DNA of 64,000 bases from an uncultured Verrucomicrobiae bacterium (GTDB taxonomy: Bacteria > Verrucomicrobiota > Verrucomicrobiia > Limisphaerales > Palsa-1400). Shown piece after piece: positions 28,570-37,788 of the stretch. Made by a program: the position numbers and the translations under genes. A model generated the notes under the pieces. It did no database searches, was not told the DNA's origin, and saw only the letters and a list, made by a program, of their open reading frames with translations. The DNA is taken from contig CAVXRD010000002.1 in assembly GCA_963764165.1 (NCBI GenBank), positions 3,040,001-3,104,000 on the forward strand, in the 5' to 3' direction. Position 1 is the first letter of the stretch; each line of letters begins with the position of its first letter.

Positions 28570-31287
28570 CTAAATCACTTTCGGAGCGACTTTCTCCGTG
28601 GTGAAACATTCGATCAGGTCGCCAGGCTGCATGTCGTTAAAACCTTCAATGCGGATGCCGCATTCCATTCCGGCGCGAACTTCGTTCACCTCGTCCTGGA
28701 AACGGCGCAGCGTCATCACAGCGCCCTCGTAAATGAGACCCTTTCGGCGGAGGATGCGCGCCTTGCCGCGAACCATGCGTCCGCTGGAAACCATGCAGCC
28801 AGCCACGTTGCCACCCTTGGACAATTCGAAAATTTTGCGAACTTCGGCTGAACCGATGATGACTTCCCGGATGACCGGCTCGAGCAAGCCAGCCATGGCA
28901 TCTTTCACGTGGTCGATCAATTCATAGATGATCGAGTAAAGCTTGATCTGAACGCCCTCGCGCTTGGCCAAGTCAGCCACGCCGACGTCGATGCGCGTGT
29001 GGAATCCCAAAATGATCGCGTGCGACGCCGAGGCCAGCAACACGTCCGATTCCGTGATCGTGCCAACCGCGCTGTGGATGACTTCGAGCGAAACGGTTTG
29101 GGCTTCAAGTTTCTTCAGCGCTTCGACAATGGCCTCGACGGAGCCTTGCGTGTCGGCCTTGACGACGACCTTGAGAACTTTGGCGGTGGTCGCGTCGAGA
29201 GTGGCGAACAAGGTTTCCAGAGTGACCTTCGCGCGGGCTTCAGTGGAGATGGTGCGGGCGGTTTCGGCGCGCTGCTCGGCAAGGTCGCGGGCGGCCTTCT
29301 CGTCTTCCAGCACGCTGAATTCCAAACCGGCTTCCGGCACGCCGTTCAATCCAAGGATGCGCACAGCCACCGATGGCCCCGCTTCTTTTTGGCGGACGCC
29401 TTCCTCGCTGATGAGCGCGCGCACTTTGCCCCAATACGGGCCGCAAATGACAACTTCACCCACGCGCAAAGTTCCTTTGCGCACCAGAACGGTGGCGGTC
29501 GGGCCGCCGGGTTCCAAACCGGATTCGATCACGTTGCCCTTGGCGCGGCGATCCGGGTTGGCCTTCAATTCCAACAAGTCAGCCTGCAGCAAAATCATTT
29601 CCAGCAACTTGTCCACTCCCTGTTTTGTAAGGGCGGAGCAATCGACGAAAATCGTGTCGCCACCCCAGTCGTCCGGCGTCAGCCCTTTGTCCTGAAGCTG
29701 CTGGCGAACCTTCATCGGGTTGGCGTTCGGATGGTCGCATTTGTTGACAGCGACAATGATCGGCACCTTGGCGGCTTGCGCGTGGCTCAAGGCTTCCAAG
29801 GTCTGCGGCATGACGCCGTCATTGGCGGCGACCACCAGCACGACAATATCCGTGACCGTCGCCCCGCGGGCGCGCATGGCGCTGAACGCGGCGTGGCCGG
29901 GAGTGTCGAGAAACGTGATTTGCTGAAGCTCGCCTTTGCGCTCCGGGTGCGGGAACGAAATCGTGTAAGCGCCGATGTGCTGGGTGATGCCGCCCGCTTC
30001 GCCCGCCGCCACATTCGCTTTCCGAATGCCGTCCAGCAAGGTGGTTTTGCCGTGGTCGACGTGGCCCATGATCGTGACGACCGGGGCGCGCGGCTTCATC
30101 TGCTCTGGCTTGTCCTCGACGTCCAGCTCGACTTTGCGAACGGGGGTGTGGGCGCCAGCTCCGCGTTCGCGCTTTTCAACCTCGAAGCGGAAATTGTACT
30201 TGGCGCAAATGCGCTGGGCCACATCTTCGTCAATGGATTGATTAACGTTGGCGAAGACACCAACTTCCATCAAATCCGCAATAAGTTGGAATGGCTTGCG
30301 CTTCAACTGCTCCGCCAAATCGCGAACGATGATCGGCGGTTTGAGAGTGATCAAGGTGCCGGTTGCCACAGGCACGGGACGGGCCGCCGGACGGGCCGGA
30401 GCGGGAGGCTGTTTGGACGGCCAGCGATCACCCGGGCGGGGTGCTTGCCGCTGCTGGCCTTGCTGGCCGACGGGAGCCTGCTGCTGTCCGGGCGGACCGC
30501 CTGGTCCGCGGCGGACATCAAGCCCGCGGCGATTAAAATCTTGCTGACGTCCTGCGGGAGGCGCGTTGCGGCCGGCGTTGCGGTCTGGCTGGCCTCGCGG
30601 GGCTGGCCGAACCGGCAATTGCACAAACCCAACCTTTTCGCCGATTCTCGGCGCGGGCGGAACAGCGGGCGGAGGCGGCATGGCTGGCGCAGCAGGCGGC
30701 GTCGGAGCAACCGGCTTCGGCGCTTCCGCGGCGGGAGCTGCTTGGACCATCGGCGGAGCGACTGGCGCGGGAGGTGGAACAGGAGGCGGCGCGGCTGGAG
30801 GCGTTGCCGGCAAAGTCGGAATGACGGGCGCGGATGTTGGCGGCGATTGGGGCACGACCGGGACAGGTGGTGGCTTGATCGCCACAGGCTCGGCAACCGG
30901 GGAAGGCGCAGGTTCGGGCGCTGGCGGCGGCGTTGATACTGGGGCAGCGACCGGCGGCGGCTCAGCCGGTTTAACCGCTTCTGGAACCCGCGACGGCGCA
31001 GGCGCGGGAATCGGCTCGGCAACTGGAGGCAGGGCCGGTGCGACGGGCGCCGCAGCCATTGGCTCGGGCTGAGGAGGCAGAGCGGCTGGTGGCGGCGCCA
31101 CTGGCGCGGCGGCGGCTGGCGGCGGGAAAATCTTGACTAATTCACCTTCGAGATATTCGGCGGTGATCTTATCCAGCGAACTGGAAGGAACTTTGGCGGC
31201 AGCAATGTTTAGCTTCTTGGCTTCGACAAGGACGTCCTTGCTTTCGATGCCAAGTTTCTTTGCTAAATCGTAAATTCGAACGGGCAT
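28570..31287 (-). CDS. infB: Translation initiation factor IF-2
   Basis: [29 protein letters not shown]; long Pro/Ala-rich linker. Confidence 0.98.
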   Translation of the reverse strand: MPVRIYDLAKKLGIESKDVLVEAKKLNIAAAKVPSSSLDKITAEYLEGELVKIFPPPAAAAPVAPPPAALPPQPEPMAAAPVAPALPPVAEPIPAPAPSRVPEAVKPAEPPPVAAPVSTPPPAPEPAPSPVAEPVAIKPPPVPVVPQSPPTSAPVIPTLPATPPAAPPPVPPPAPVAPPMVQAAPAAEAPKPVAPTPPAAPAMPPPPAVPPAPRIGEKVGFVQLPVRPAPRGQPDRNAGRNAPPAGRQQDFNRRGLDVRRGPGGPPGQQQAPVGQQGQQRQAPRPGDRWPSKQPPAPARPAARPVPVATGTLITLKPPIIVRDLAEQLKRKPFQLIADLMEVGVFANVNQSIDEDVAQRICAKYNFRFEVEKRERGAGAHTPVRKVELDVEDKPEQMKPRAPVVTIMGHVDHGKTTLLDGIRKANVAAGEAGGITQHIGAYTISFPHPERKGELQQITFLDTPGHAAFSAMRARGATVTDIVVLVVAANDGVMPQTLEALSHAQAAKVPIIVAVNKCDHPNANPMKVRQQLQDKGLTPDDWGGDTIFVDCSALTKQGVDKLLEMILLQADLLELKANPDRRAKGNVIESGLEPGGPTATVLVRKGTLRVGEVVICGPYWGKVRALISEEGVRQKEAGPSVAVRILGLNGVPEAGLEFSVLEDEKAARDLAEQRAETARTISTEARAKVTLETLFATLDATTAKVLKVVVKADTQGSVEAIVEALKKLEAQTVSLEVIHSAVGTITESDVLLASASHAIILGFHTRIDVGVADLAKREGVQIKLYSIIYELIDHVKDAMAGLLEPVIREVIIGSAEVRKIFELSKGGNVAGCMVSSGRMVRGKARILRRKGLIYEGAVMTLRRFQDEVNEVRAGMECGIRIEGFNDMQPGDLIECFTTEKVAPKVI

Positions 31288-31365
31288 AATTTTCTATCTG
31301 CCAATGCGCTGACAAGGTTTTCATGGTATTAACATGCAAACATTGCAAGCAACCGAGTTCATCTC

Positions 31366-32640
31366 TTAAGCCTTTCCTGCACTATCGGCGCCCTGCCGCT
31401 TGGCCTGCTCGGCCCGGATCGCCTCGATGATGGCGGGCGCCTGATCCTTAATCTGCTCAATCTGCTCCAAATCACTCAACTCCGCGGAAAGCAGCGCTTC
31501 CATGGTCGAAAATCCCGCCAGCACGAGCACCTGCGCCACTTCCGGCGTCAAGCCGGGAACGCTGGAAAAGCTCTGGACAGCCTGGGCAACCTTCTCTTCA
31601 AATCCAACCAATACGACCGTTTCCGGTTCGATATCAATTTGCCAGCCAGTCAGCTTCGAGGTCAGCCGGGCATTTTGCCCCCGCTTGCCGATGGCCAGCG
31701 AAAGCTGGTCCTCCGCCACAACAATCTTCACCCGGCGGCGCTGTTCGTCGATGGTAAAGCCCTTCAACTGCGCTGGCGCAAGGGCGTTGGCGACATACAC
31801 CTTGATGTTGGCGTCCCATTTGATGATGTCGACCTTCTCGTTATTCAGTTCCCGCACGATGTTTTTGACGCGCTGCCCGCGCAAACCCACGCATGCGCCA
31901 ACCGGATCCACCTTCGGATCGCGGGTGTGAACAGCCAGTTTGGTGCGGAACCCCGGTTCGCGGGCAATCCCCTTGATCTCAATCGTTCCGTCGTTGATTT
32001 CTGAAACCTCCAACTGGAAGAGCTTGATCACGAACTGCGGATCCGCCCGGGAGAGAATAATCTCCGGTCCGTGCGAGCCGCTTTCCACGGCTTTGACGTA
32101 GCAGCGAATACGCTCGCCAATCTGGTATTCCTCGGTCGGCACGCGCTCCCGGTTGGGGAGCAGCGCTTCATATTTTCCCAGGTCAATGGTCACATCCGAG
32201 CGCTCAAACCGGCGGACGACTCCGCTTAGGATATCGCCCACGCGGTCCTTGAACTCGGTGAAAATCAACTGTTTTTCCGCCCGGCGGACATGCTGCATCA
32301 AAGCCTGCTTGGCGTATTGGGCGGCAATTCGGCCAAAGCCAGCCGGGGTCACTTCCACTTCCAACTGGTCTCCCAATTGCGAATCCGGTTTGATGCGCCG
32401 GGCGTCAAAAACTGAAATCTGATCGTGCTTCGAGGTGACCTTCTCGGACACGACCAATTTCGCGAAAGCCTTGATATCACCGCCTTTGGTGTCGATAACG
32501 CAGCGCAGTTCGCGGGCGGGGCCGACGGCCTTTTTGGCGGCAGAAAGCAAGGCTTCCTCGACGGCCTGCACAAGCACGTCGCGGCTGATGCCCTTTTCCC
32601 GTTCCCAAAATTCCAATACGGCTAAAAAATCCGCGTTCAT
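31366..32640 (-). CDS. nusA: Transcription termination/antitermination factor NusA
   Basis: FGRIAAQ, DPVGACVG, SLAIGKRGQNARL. Confidence 0.98.
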   Translation of the reverse strand: MNADFLAVLEFWEREKGISRDVLVQAVEEALLSAAKKAVGPARELRCVIDTKGGDIKAFAKLVVSEKVTSKHDQISVFDARRIKPDSQLGDQLEVEVTPAGFGRIAAQYAKQALMQHVRRAEKQLIFTEFKDRVGDILSGVVRRFERSDVTIDLGKYEALLPNRERVPTEEYQIGERIRCYVKAVESGSHGPEIILSRADPQFVIKLFQLEVSEINDGTIEIKGIAREPGFRTKLAVHTRDPKVDPVGACVGLRGQRVKNIVRELNNEKVDIIKWDANIKVYVANALAPAQLKGFTIDEQRRRVKIVVAEDQLSLAIGKRGQNARLTSKLTGWQIDIEPETVVLVGFEEKVAQAVQSFSSVPGLTPEVAQVLVLAGFSTMEALLSAELSDLEQIEQIKDQAPAIIEAIRAEQAKRQGADSAGKA

Positions 32641-32664
32641 ATCTGTTTTTCCCCATGTGGGGAA

Positions 32665-32697
32665 TAAAAAAGTCGGCAGAACCTGGCTCTCCGACTT
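32665..32697 (-). terminator. Terminator-like hairpin in nusA leader (possible attenuator)
   Basis: Minus strand AAGTCGG-AGAG..TTCT-GCCGACTT-TTTT between promoter and nusA ATG. Confidence 0.65.
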
Positions 32698-32741
32698 GCG
32701 CGCTGAATCCGGTTCAGCAAAACAAATTTACTACGAATCTT

Positions 32742-32769
32742 ATTATAGCCCACCGACCCGGTGAGTCAA
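32742..32769 (-). promoter_or_regulatory. sigma70 promoter of nusA-infB operon
   Basis: TTGACT-16 nt-TATAAT on minus strand. Confidence 0.8.
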
Positions 32770-32811
32770 CCGTAAAAAATCCAATCCCCTACCACGCCCT
32801 CAGGGACACCC

Positions 32812-33648
32812 CTAGGGAACCTGATGGCCGTCGCAGGACCAATTGATGTCAGTCTTGCCGGGATCGGCAGGTTTGACGCCATTATTCCAGCATACGTAAG
32901 GATATTTGTAGTATCTGGCGTGGGCATCGCTGAAAGATATAATTGAGCCGCCACTGTGCCGTGAGGAAAACCGCGTTGTATAGACTTGGGGCGTGCCCAG
33001 GTCAGTCGCGTTTTCTGACGTTCCATAATACGGTGTTTCGCCGATTAAGAGGCGGCCCTCGGCAAACATGACGAAAGCGGACGGATGCAAAACCATGCTC
33101 GACTTTAAGACTTCGTTGGTGGGATAGCCGTCCAGGGCCTTGGAGTTCATCCCATAATCAAAAATGACGCGCTCGGTCGGAAAGAGGGTCGGATCCAGCA
33201 CGGCGTCAGGGCAATTGAAGATCGACTTCATGGAATTATATTGCGAAATCCCGTTATCCGCCACGGCGGCATACCAGGAAAGCGGCTTTTCGTGGATATA
33301 TGGGGGCAGCGCATTGAACCAGGCGCCGTTGCCCTGGTTGGCGTAAAAGAAATCGGCCAGGTCTGCCCATGTGGGGTTGTCTTCGTTGTAATCCCCGCCA
33401 AGCGGCGGAGTGCCGTCTGGGATTTTGGTGGTCGGAAATCGCTGGGCGTTATCGTCCACATATCCGGTTTGGGCCACGGCCATCTGTTTGAGATTGCTCA
33501 GGCAGACCGATTGATTGGCGGCCTCTTTGGCTTTCGCCATGGCAGGCAGCAGCAAGGCGGCCAGAATGGCAATGATGGCTATCACCACCAGCAATTCAAT
33601 CAGCGTAAAGCCGGATTGTCGTTGTCTATTCATATTCACGTTTGTCAT
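32812..33648 (-). CDS. Prepilin-type protein with H-X9-DG-like (H-X9-DA) domain
   Basis: [46 protein letters not shown]; start moved to ATG 33648. Confidence 0.88.
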   Translation of the reverse strand: MTNVNMNRQRQSGFTLIELLVVIAIIAILAALLLPAMAKAKEAANQSVCLSNLKQMAVAQTGYVDDNAQRFPTTKIPDGTPPLGGDYNEDNPTWADLADFFYANQGNGAWFNALPPYIHEKPLSWYAAVADNGISQYNSMKSIFNCPDAVLDPTLFPTERVIFDYGMNSKALDGYPTNEVLKSSMVLHPSAFVMFAEGRLLIGETPYYGTSENATDLGTPQVYTTRFSSRHSGGSIISFSDAHARYYKYPYVCWNNGVKPADPGKTDINWSCDGHQVP

Positions 33649-33697
33649 GTCTTGTGCGAGCCAAAGGACGTATGGCCAGCTAACCATGCATGAGGCT

Positions 33698-33796
33698 TGT
33701 GACAATCATATGAAGGGAATGTGACAATCGTGTGACAATTCCGACAGTGGGTAAAACGTCACCGAATTGTCACACCAGAGTCGTTGGTTTGCCACG
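33698..33796. promoter_or_regulatory. Divergent Pho-box-like arrays (11-bp period)
   Basis: TGTGACAAT at 33698, 33720, 33731 (degenerate at 33709); opposite orientation CGTCACC 33757, TGTCACA 33768, AGTCGTT 33779, TGCCACG 33790. Confidence 0.75.
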
Positions 33797-33857
33797 GAGA
33801 TAGAGGAGATTGCCCGCTCAGTCTTACGCGGTTAATTCAAATAACGAACACAACAGA

Positions 33858-36800
33858 ATGAAAACAATGAGACAATTCATCTTCGCGTCCGGCCTGGCTG
33901 CGGCCCTGATCACGGGCGCCCAGGCTCAGACCAACACCCCGGTTTTCACGCCCGGAAAGCTGGCAGTTTTGCGTGGCGGCGACGGCATCATCACCATCGT
34001 GACGGGCCGCCAGCACCCCATCTTCATCGACGAGTACGATCCTGCCATTTCAAATCAAGCCGCGCCTCTAGTCTCGCTGGAGTTGCCCACGAACGGGCCC
34101 AACGGCATCTTCATGAACGCCCACGCCGGCTCGGAAGGACAAGGGCTGACCCTTTCCGCGGACCACCGCTATCTGGCCACCTGCGGTTACTGCGGCGATA
34201 TCAATTCAATCGTCGGCACCCCTTCGAGCGCGACGAATTCCTCGGGACAGGGCTACAATCGCGGCTTCGGTGTTATCGATGCGTTCACAAACTTCAACGT
34301 TGTTTACCAGAGCGCCGAATGGTTCGGCATCGAGCCCGGCATAACGCAAAACAATCCCCGTGGATTGGCCACCGACGGCTCCAATGACTTCTGGGGCACT
34401 GGCACGATCGCCGGGACTCAAACTGGCGGCGGGTTCGTCGAAACGGGAACGCTGGCCTGGAATGGCAGCGGGCCCTACACCGTTCAAAACCTGGTCAATT
34501 CCGCATACTTCATGAGGATCGTGAACGGGGTTCTGTACATGGTGGCCAAGAATGAGGCCGGCGGCGCGCAAAACAATGGTGTTTATGATTTCGTTGATTT
34601 CAGCGGCACTGTCGTTCCCTTGGATTATGCCCCCGGGAATGAAGCCAGGGTGCTGAACACAAACCTGTTCCTGAATTTTGGCACGACTTACGCCAATGTG
34701 TTGACATTCGACATGGATCCGACCGGAACCTACGCTTATGCGGCGGACAACACTTATGGCATCGTTAAATTCGTCAACAGCGGCGGAACCTGGAGCCAGG
34801 CCTATTTGTTCAACTCGAACAACATCGGCAGCACCAGCAAAACGATCAATCCCAAAGGCGCCACCGGCTGCTTTGGCATCAAGGTCGACTTTTCCCAAAC
34901 CAACCCGGTCATCTACGCCACCACCATGGATGAAGGCGATGGCAAGAACACCTGCTCGAATCGCTTGATTTCGATTGTCGACACCGGCGTCGCCCCCAAT
35001 CCCACCAACATGATCGCCAAAGTGCTGGCCTTTGCCGCCAACACAAACGAAGTGCTGCGTGGCGTTGAATTCACCCCCGACCTTCTGCCCTACTTCCTCT
35101 CGCAGCCTGTCAGCACCAGCGTCACGACCAACGAGGCTGCCAGCTTTTCCGTCAGCGCGAGTTCGCCCTACTCGTTCACATATCAGTGGCAGGACAATGG
35201 AACCAATATCCAAAACGGCGGGGACGTCTCCGGCGTGAACACTGCCACGTTGAGATTCGCAGCCGCCACGCTGGCCGACGCGGGCAACTACACCGTTGTC
35301 ATCTCGAACCAATACGGCGCTGTTACAAGCCAGGTCGCGACTCTCGCTGTTTCCGCCACGGCCAATCCGCCGACGATCACCAATACTGTGGTTCATATCA
35401 CGAATTACATTGGCAATAACCAATCGTTCTCCGTGACACCAAAAGGCACGCCCCCTTTCTCCTTGCAATGGTACTTCGGAACCACCCCGCTCGTGGATGA
35501 CGGCATGAAATATTATGGCTCGACCAATTCGGCGCTCTACATCACGAATCTGACCTTGGCCGATTCCGGCAGCTATTACGTGACGATCAGCAATCAAGCG
35601 GGCGGGATTTCCAACTTGATCGCTGTGCTTACCGTTCAATACGTGTTGCCGAGCATTCCGCTCAGCGGCGAACCTCAGCCGCTCACCCTGCTCGAAGGCC
35701 AGACCGGAACACTGTCCGTCACGGGCGCCGAAGGCACCCAGCCGCTGACCTATCAATGGTATCAAGGCAGCACGGCCAATCCTTTGAGCGATGGGGGCGA
35801 CTTCCTCGGAACTCAAACTTCCACGCTGACGATCACCAACGCGGCGCTCAGCGACGCGGCTAACTACCTTTGCGTGGTCGCCAACGCCGGTGGCAGCGCG
35901 ACCAGTTCCGTGACGTCAGTGACGGTCATTGCTCCCCCGCCGCTTACTTATGTGGCCTACAGCAATCAGATTTATTCGCAGAACTTTGATTCGCTCCCCA
36001 ATCCCGGCACAGCCACCGTCAATACTGTCAGCGGCGGCGGGCCGACCACCATTGGCGGCATCACCTACGATCCATCCAATCCGTTTGACTTCGGCGCTCC
36101 GATTTACACCAACGCCAGCCAGCCGTCGGGAGGCTTGGGTCTCGCGGCGACGATGTCCGGCTGGTACGGCGAGTGCGACGCGGATTACGCGGCCGGCAAC
36201 GGCGCTCAAATCGGGGCCGCCGACGGCACTACAACGACCGGCGGCATTTACAGCTTCGGCCTCGCAACAAGCACAAACGCATCGCTTAATCGCGCGCTTG
36301 GATTGATCGCCACCGGATCATCGGGCGGCACGCATTTCGGCCTCAAGCTGATCAACGAAACGACCAACACCCTGGATTACGTCAGCATGCAGTTCGTGGG
36401 CGAATTCTGGAAGACCGGCACCAAGCCCAAGACGATGGTCTTCACCTACGACGTCGATCCGTCAGGCGATGCGTCGACGCTCTCGACGAGCGAACTCGCA
36501 TCGGCCGCCACGAATCCCGTTCCCGCGCTGACCTTCGCATTTCCGACGGCCGGCGTCGTTGGCGGAACGAACGGAACGCTGCCAAACAATCAGACCAATC
36601 TTTCGGTGACGAATCTGGCGCTGACCACGCCGTGGACTCCGGGTTCGGCCTTGTGGTTGATCTGGTCCATCAATGACGCCACGGGCAGCGGCCAGGGCTA
36701 CGGCATCGACAACTTCCTCTTCGCCGCCGGCGCGACCAATAACGTCTCGCTCGCCCCGCCTGCTGTGACCGCGCCGACACTCGGCAACGTGATATTCAGC

Positions 36801-37007
36801 TCCACCAACGGTTTGACCTTCACCTTCACCAACACGCCGGGCGCGAGCAGCTCGTTCACGATCCTCGAAACGACCAATCTGGCGCTGCCGGTCAGCCAAT
36901 GGGTGAACCTCGGAAGCCCAACGGAAGTTTCCGCCGGCACCTATAAATTCACCGACGGCCTCGCGACAAACAACGCGGCCCGATTCTACACGGTCGAGGC
37001 GCAGTAA
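33858..37007 (+). CDS. Large secreted protein: N-terminal propeller-like domain, 3 Ig-like repeats, beta-rich domain, C-terminal tail motif
   Basis: Signal peptide ending AQA; xQW..D(A/S)(G/A)xY repeats x3; tail TTNL..W..FTD..RFYTV. Confidence 0.8.
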   Translation: MKTMRQFIFASGLAAALITGAQAQTNTPVFTPGKLAVLRGGDGIITIVTGRQHPIFIDEYDPAISNQAAPLVSLELPTNGPNGIFMNAHAGSEGQGLTLSADHRYLATCGYCGDINSIVGTPSSATNSSGQGYNRGFGVIDAFTNFNVVYQSAEWFGIEPGITQNNPRGLATDGSNDFWGTGTIAGTQTGGGFVETGTLAWNGSGPYTVQNLVNSAYFMRIVNGVLYMVAKNEAGGAQNNGVYDFVDFSGTVVPLDYAPGNEARVLNTNLFLNFGTTYANVLTFDMDPTGTYAYAADNTYGIVKFVNSGGTWSQAYLFNSNNIGSTSKTINPKGATGCFGIKVDFSQTNPVIYATTMDEGDGKNTCSNRLISIVDTGVAPNPTNMIAKVLAFAANTNEVLRGVEFTPDLLPYFLSQPVSTSVTTNEAASFSVSASSPYSFTYQWQDNGTNIQNGGDVSGVNTATLRFAAATLADAGNYTVVISNQYGAVTSQVATLAVSATANPPTITNTVVHITNYIGNNQSFSVTPKGTPPFSLQWYFGTTPLVDDGMKYYGSTNSALYITNLTLADSGSYYVTISNQAGGISNLIAVLTVQYVLPSIPLSGEPQPLTLLEGQTGTLSVTGAEGTQPLTYQWYQGSTANPLSDGGDFLGTQTSTLTITNAALSDAANYLCVVANAGGSATSSVTSVTVIAPPPLTYVAYSNQIYSQNFDSLPNPGTATVNTVSGGGPTTIGGITYDPSNPFDFGAPIYTNASQPSGGLGLAATMSGWYGECDADYAAGNGAQIGAADGTTTTGGIYSFGLATSTNASLNRALGLIATGSSGGTHFGLKLINETTNTLDYVSMQFVGEFWKTGTKPKTMVFTYDVDPSGDASTLSTSELASAATNPVPALTFAFPTAGVVGGTNGTLPNNQTNLSVTNLALTTPWTPGSALWLIWSINDATGSGQGYGIDNFLFAAGATNNVSLAPPAVTAPTLGNVIFSSTNGLTFTFTNTPGASSSFTILETTNLALPVSQWVNLGSPTEVSAGTYKFTDGLATNNAARFYTVEAQ

Positions 37008-37032
37008 TCTTGCATGCGACTTCGGTCGGACG

Positions 37033-37060
37033 ATGAGGGCGGGCGAAAGCCCGCCCTCAT
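37033..37060 (+). terminator. Stable hairpin after large secreted gene
   Basis: ATGAGGGCGGGC-GAAA-GCCCGCCCTCAT; weak U-tract. Confidence 0.6.
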
Positions 37061-37092
37061 TCTTCCAACTGTTTGACATTGAGAAGATAACC

Positions 37093-37707
37093 ATGAAAAT
37101 CACGCCCATGAATTGGACCCGATTTAGCCAGATCGCTTTGACGCTTTTTGCGTCTGTTGCGTGTTGCCTCGCCGAGGGATCGGCGGGATTGAGAGACACG
37201 ACGATTCTGCTGATTCGCCACGCCGAGAAACTCGAAACCGGGATGGACCTTTCGCCAGAAGGGTTTAAGCGGGCGGATGCTTACGTCCAATACTTCCACG
37301 ATTTCCAATTGGACGGCAAACCGCTCAAGCTGGACAGCATCTTCGCGACCGCCGATTCCAAGAACAGCCGTCGGCCGCGCCTGACGGTCGAGCCGTTGGG
37401 CAAGTTTCTGCATTTGACAGTCAACTCCACTTTTAAAAACAAGGCAGCCGATCAGTTGGCCGAGGAACTCAAGGCCAAGCCGCATGGCAAAGACATTTTG
37501 ATCTGCTGGCACCACGGCCAGATGCCGGATTTGATTCGCGATCTCGGGGCAGATCCCGAAGCATTGCTGCCCGGAGGAAAATGGCCGGACACTCAATTCG
37601 CCTGGGTCATTGAATTGCGCTACGACGCCGAAGGGAAATTGCTCCCCGACCAATGCCACCGCATCGAAGAACATTTGATGCCAGGCGACCCGATGGCGGC
37701 GAAGTAG
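37093..37707 (+). CDS. Exported histidine phosphatase superfamily protein
   Basis: Signal-like N-terminus; LIRHAEK, RPRLT, LICWHH motifs. Confidence 0.8.
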   Translation: MKITPMNWTRFSQIALTLFASVACCLAEGSAGLRDTTILLIRHAEKLETGMDLSPEGFKRADAYVQYFHDFQLDGKPLKLDSIFATADSKNSRRPRLTVEPLGKFLHLTVNSTFKNKAADQLAEELKAKPHGKDILICWHHGQMPDLIRDLGADPEALLPGGKWPDTQFAWVIELRYDAEGKLLPDQCHRIEEHLMPGDPMAAK

Positions 37708-37788
37708 CTCCCCTTGAAGCGCAGGCTTCCAAGCCTGCATGTGGTGTTACGGCAAGCAGATTTGGAAATCTGCGATACGCAGAAGGCG

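Noticed and set aside
28909..30936. 675-aa plus-strand ORF
   Set aside because: Antisense shadow of infB.
30640..31130. Pro/Ala low-complexity repeats in IF-2
   Set aside because: Variable IF-2 N-terminal linkers are well known; not a separate element.
33698..33796. Possible CRISPR or iteron array
   Set aside because: Units are 7-9 bp at 11-bp period with no spacers; no cas or rep gene.
34206..35816. 536-aa minus-strand ORF
   Set aside because: Antisense to the large secreted protein.
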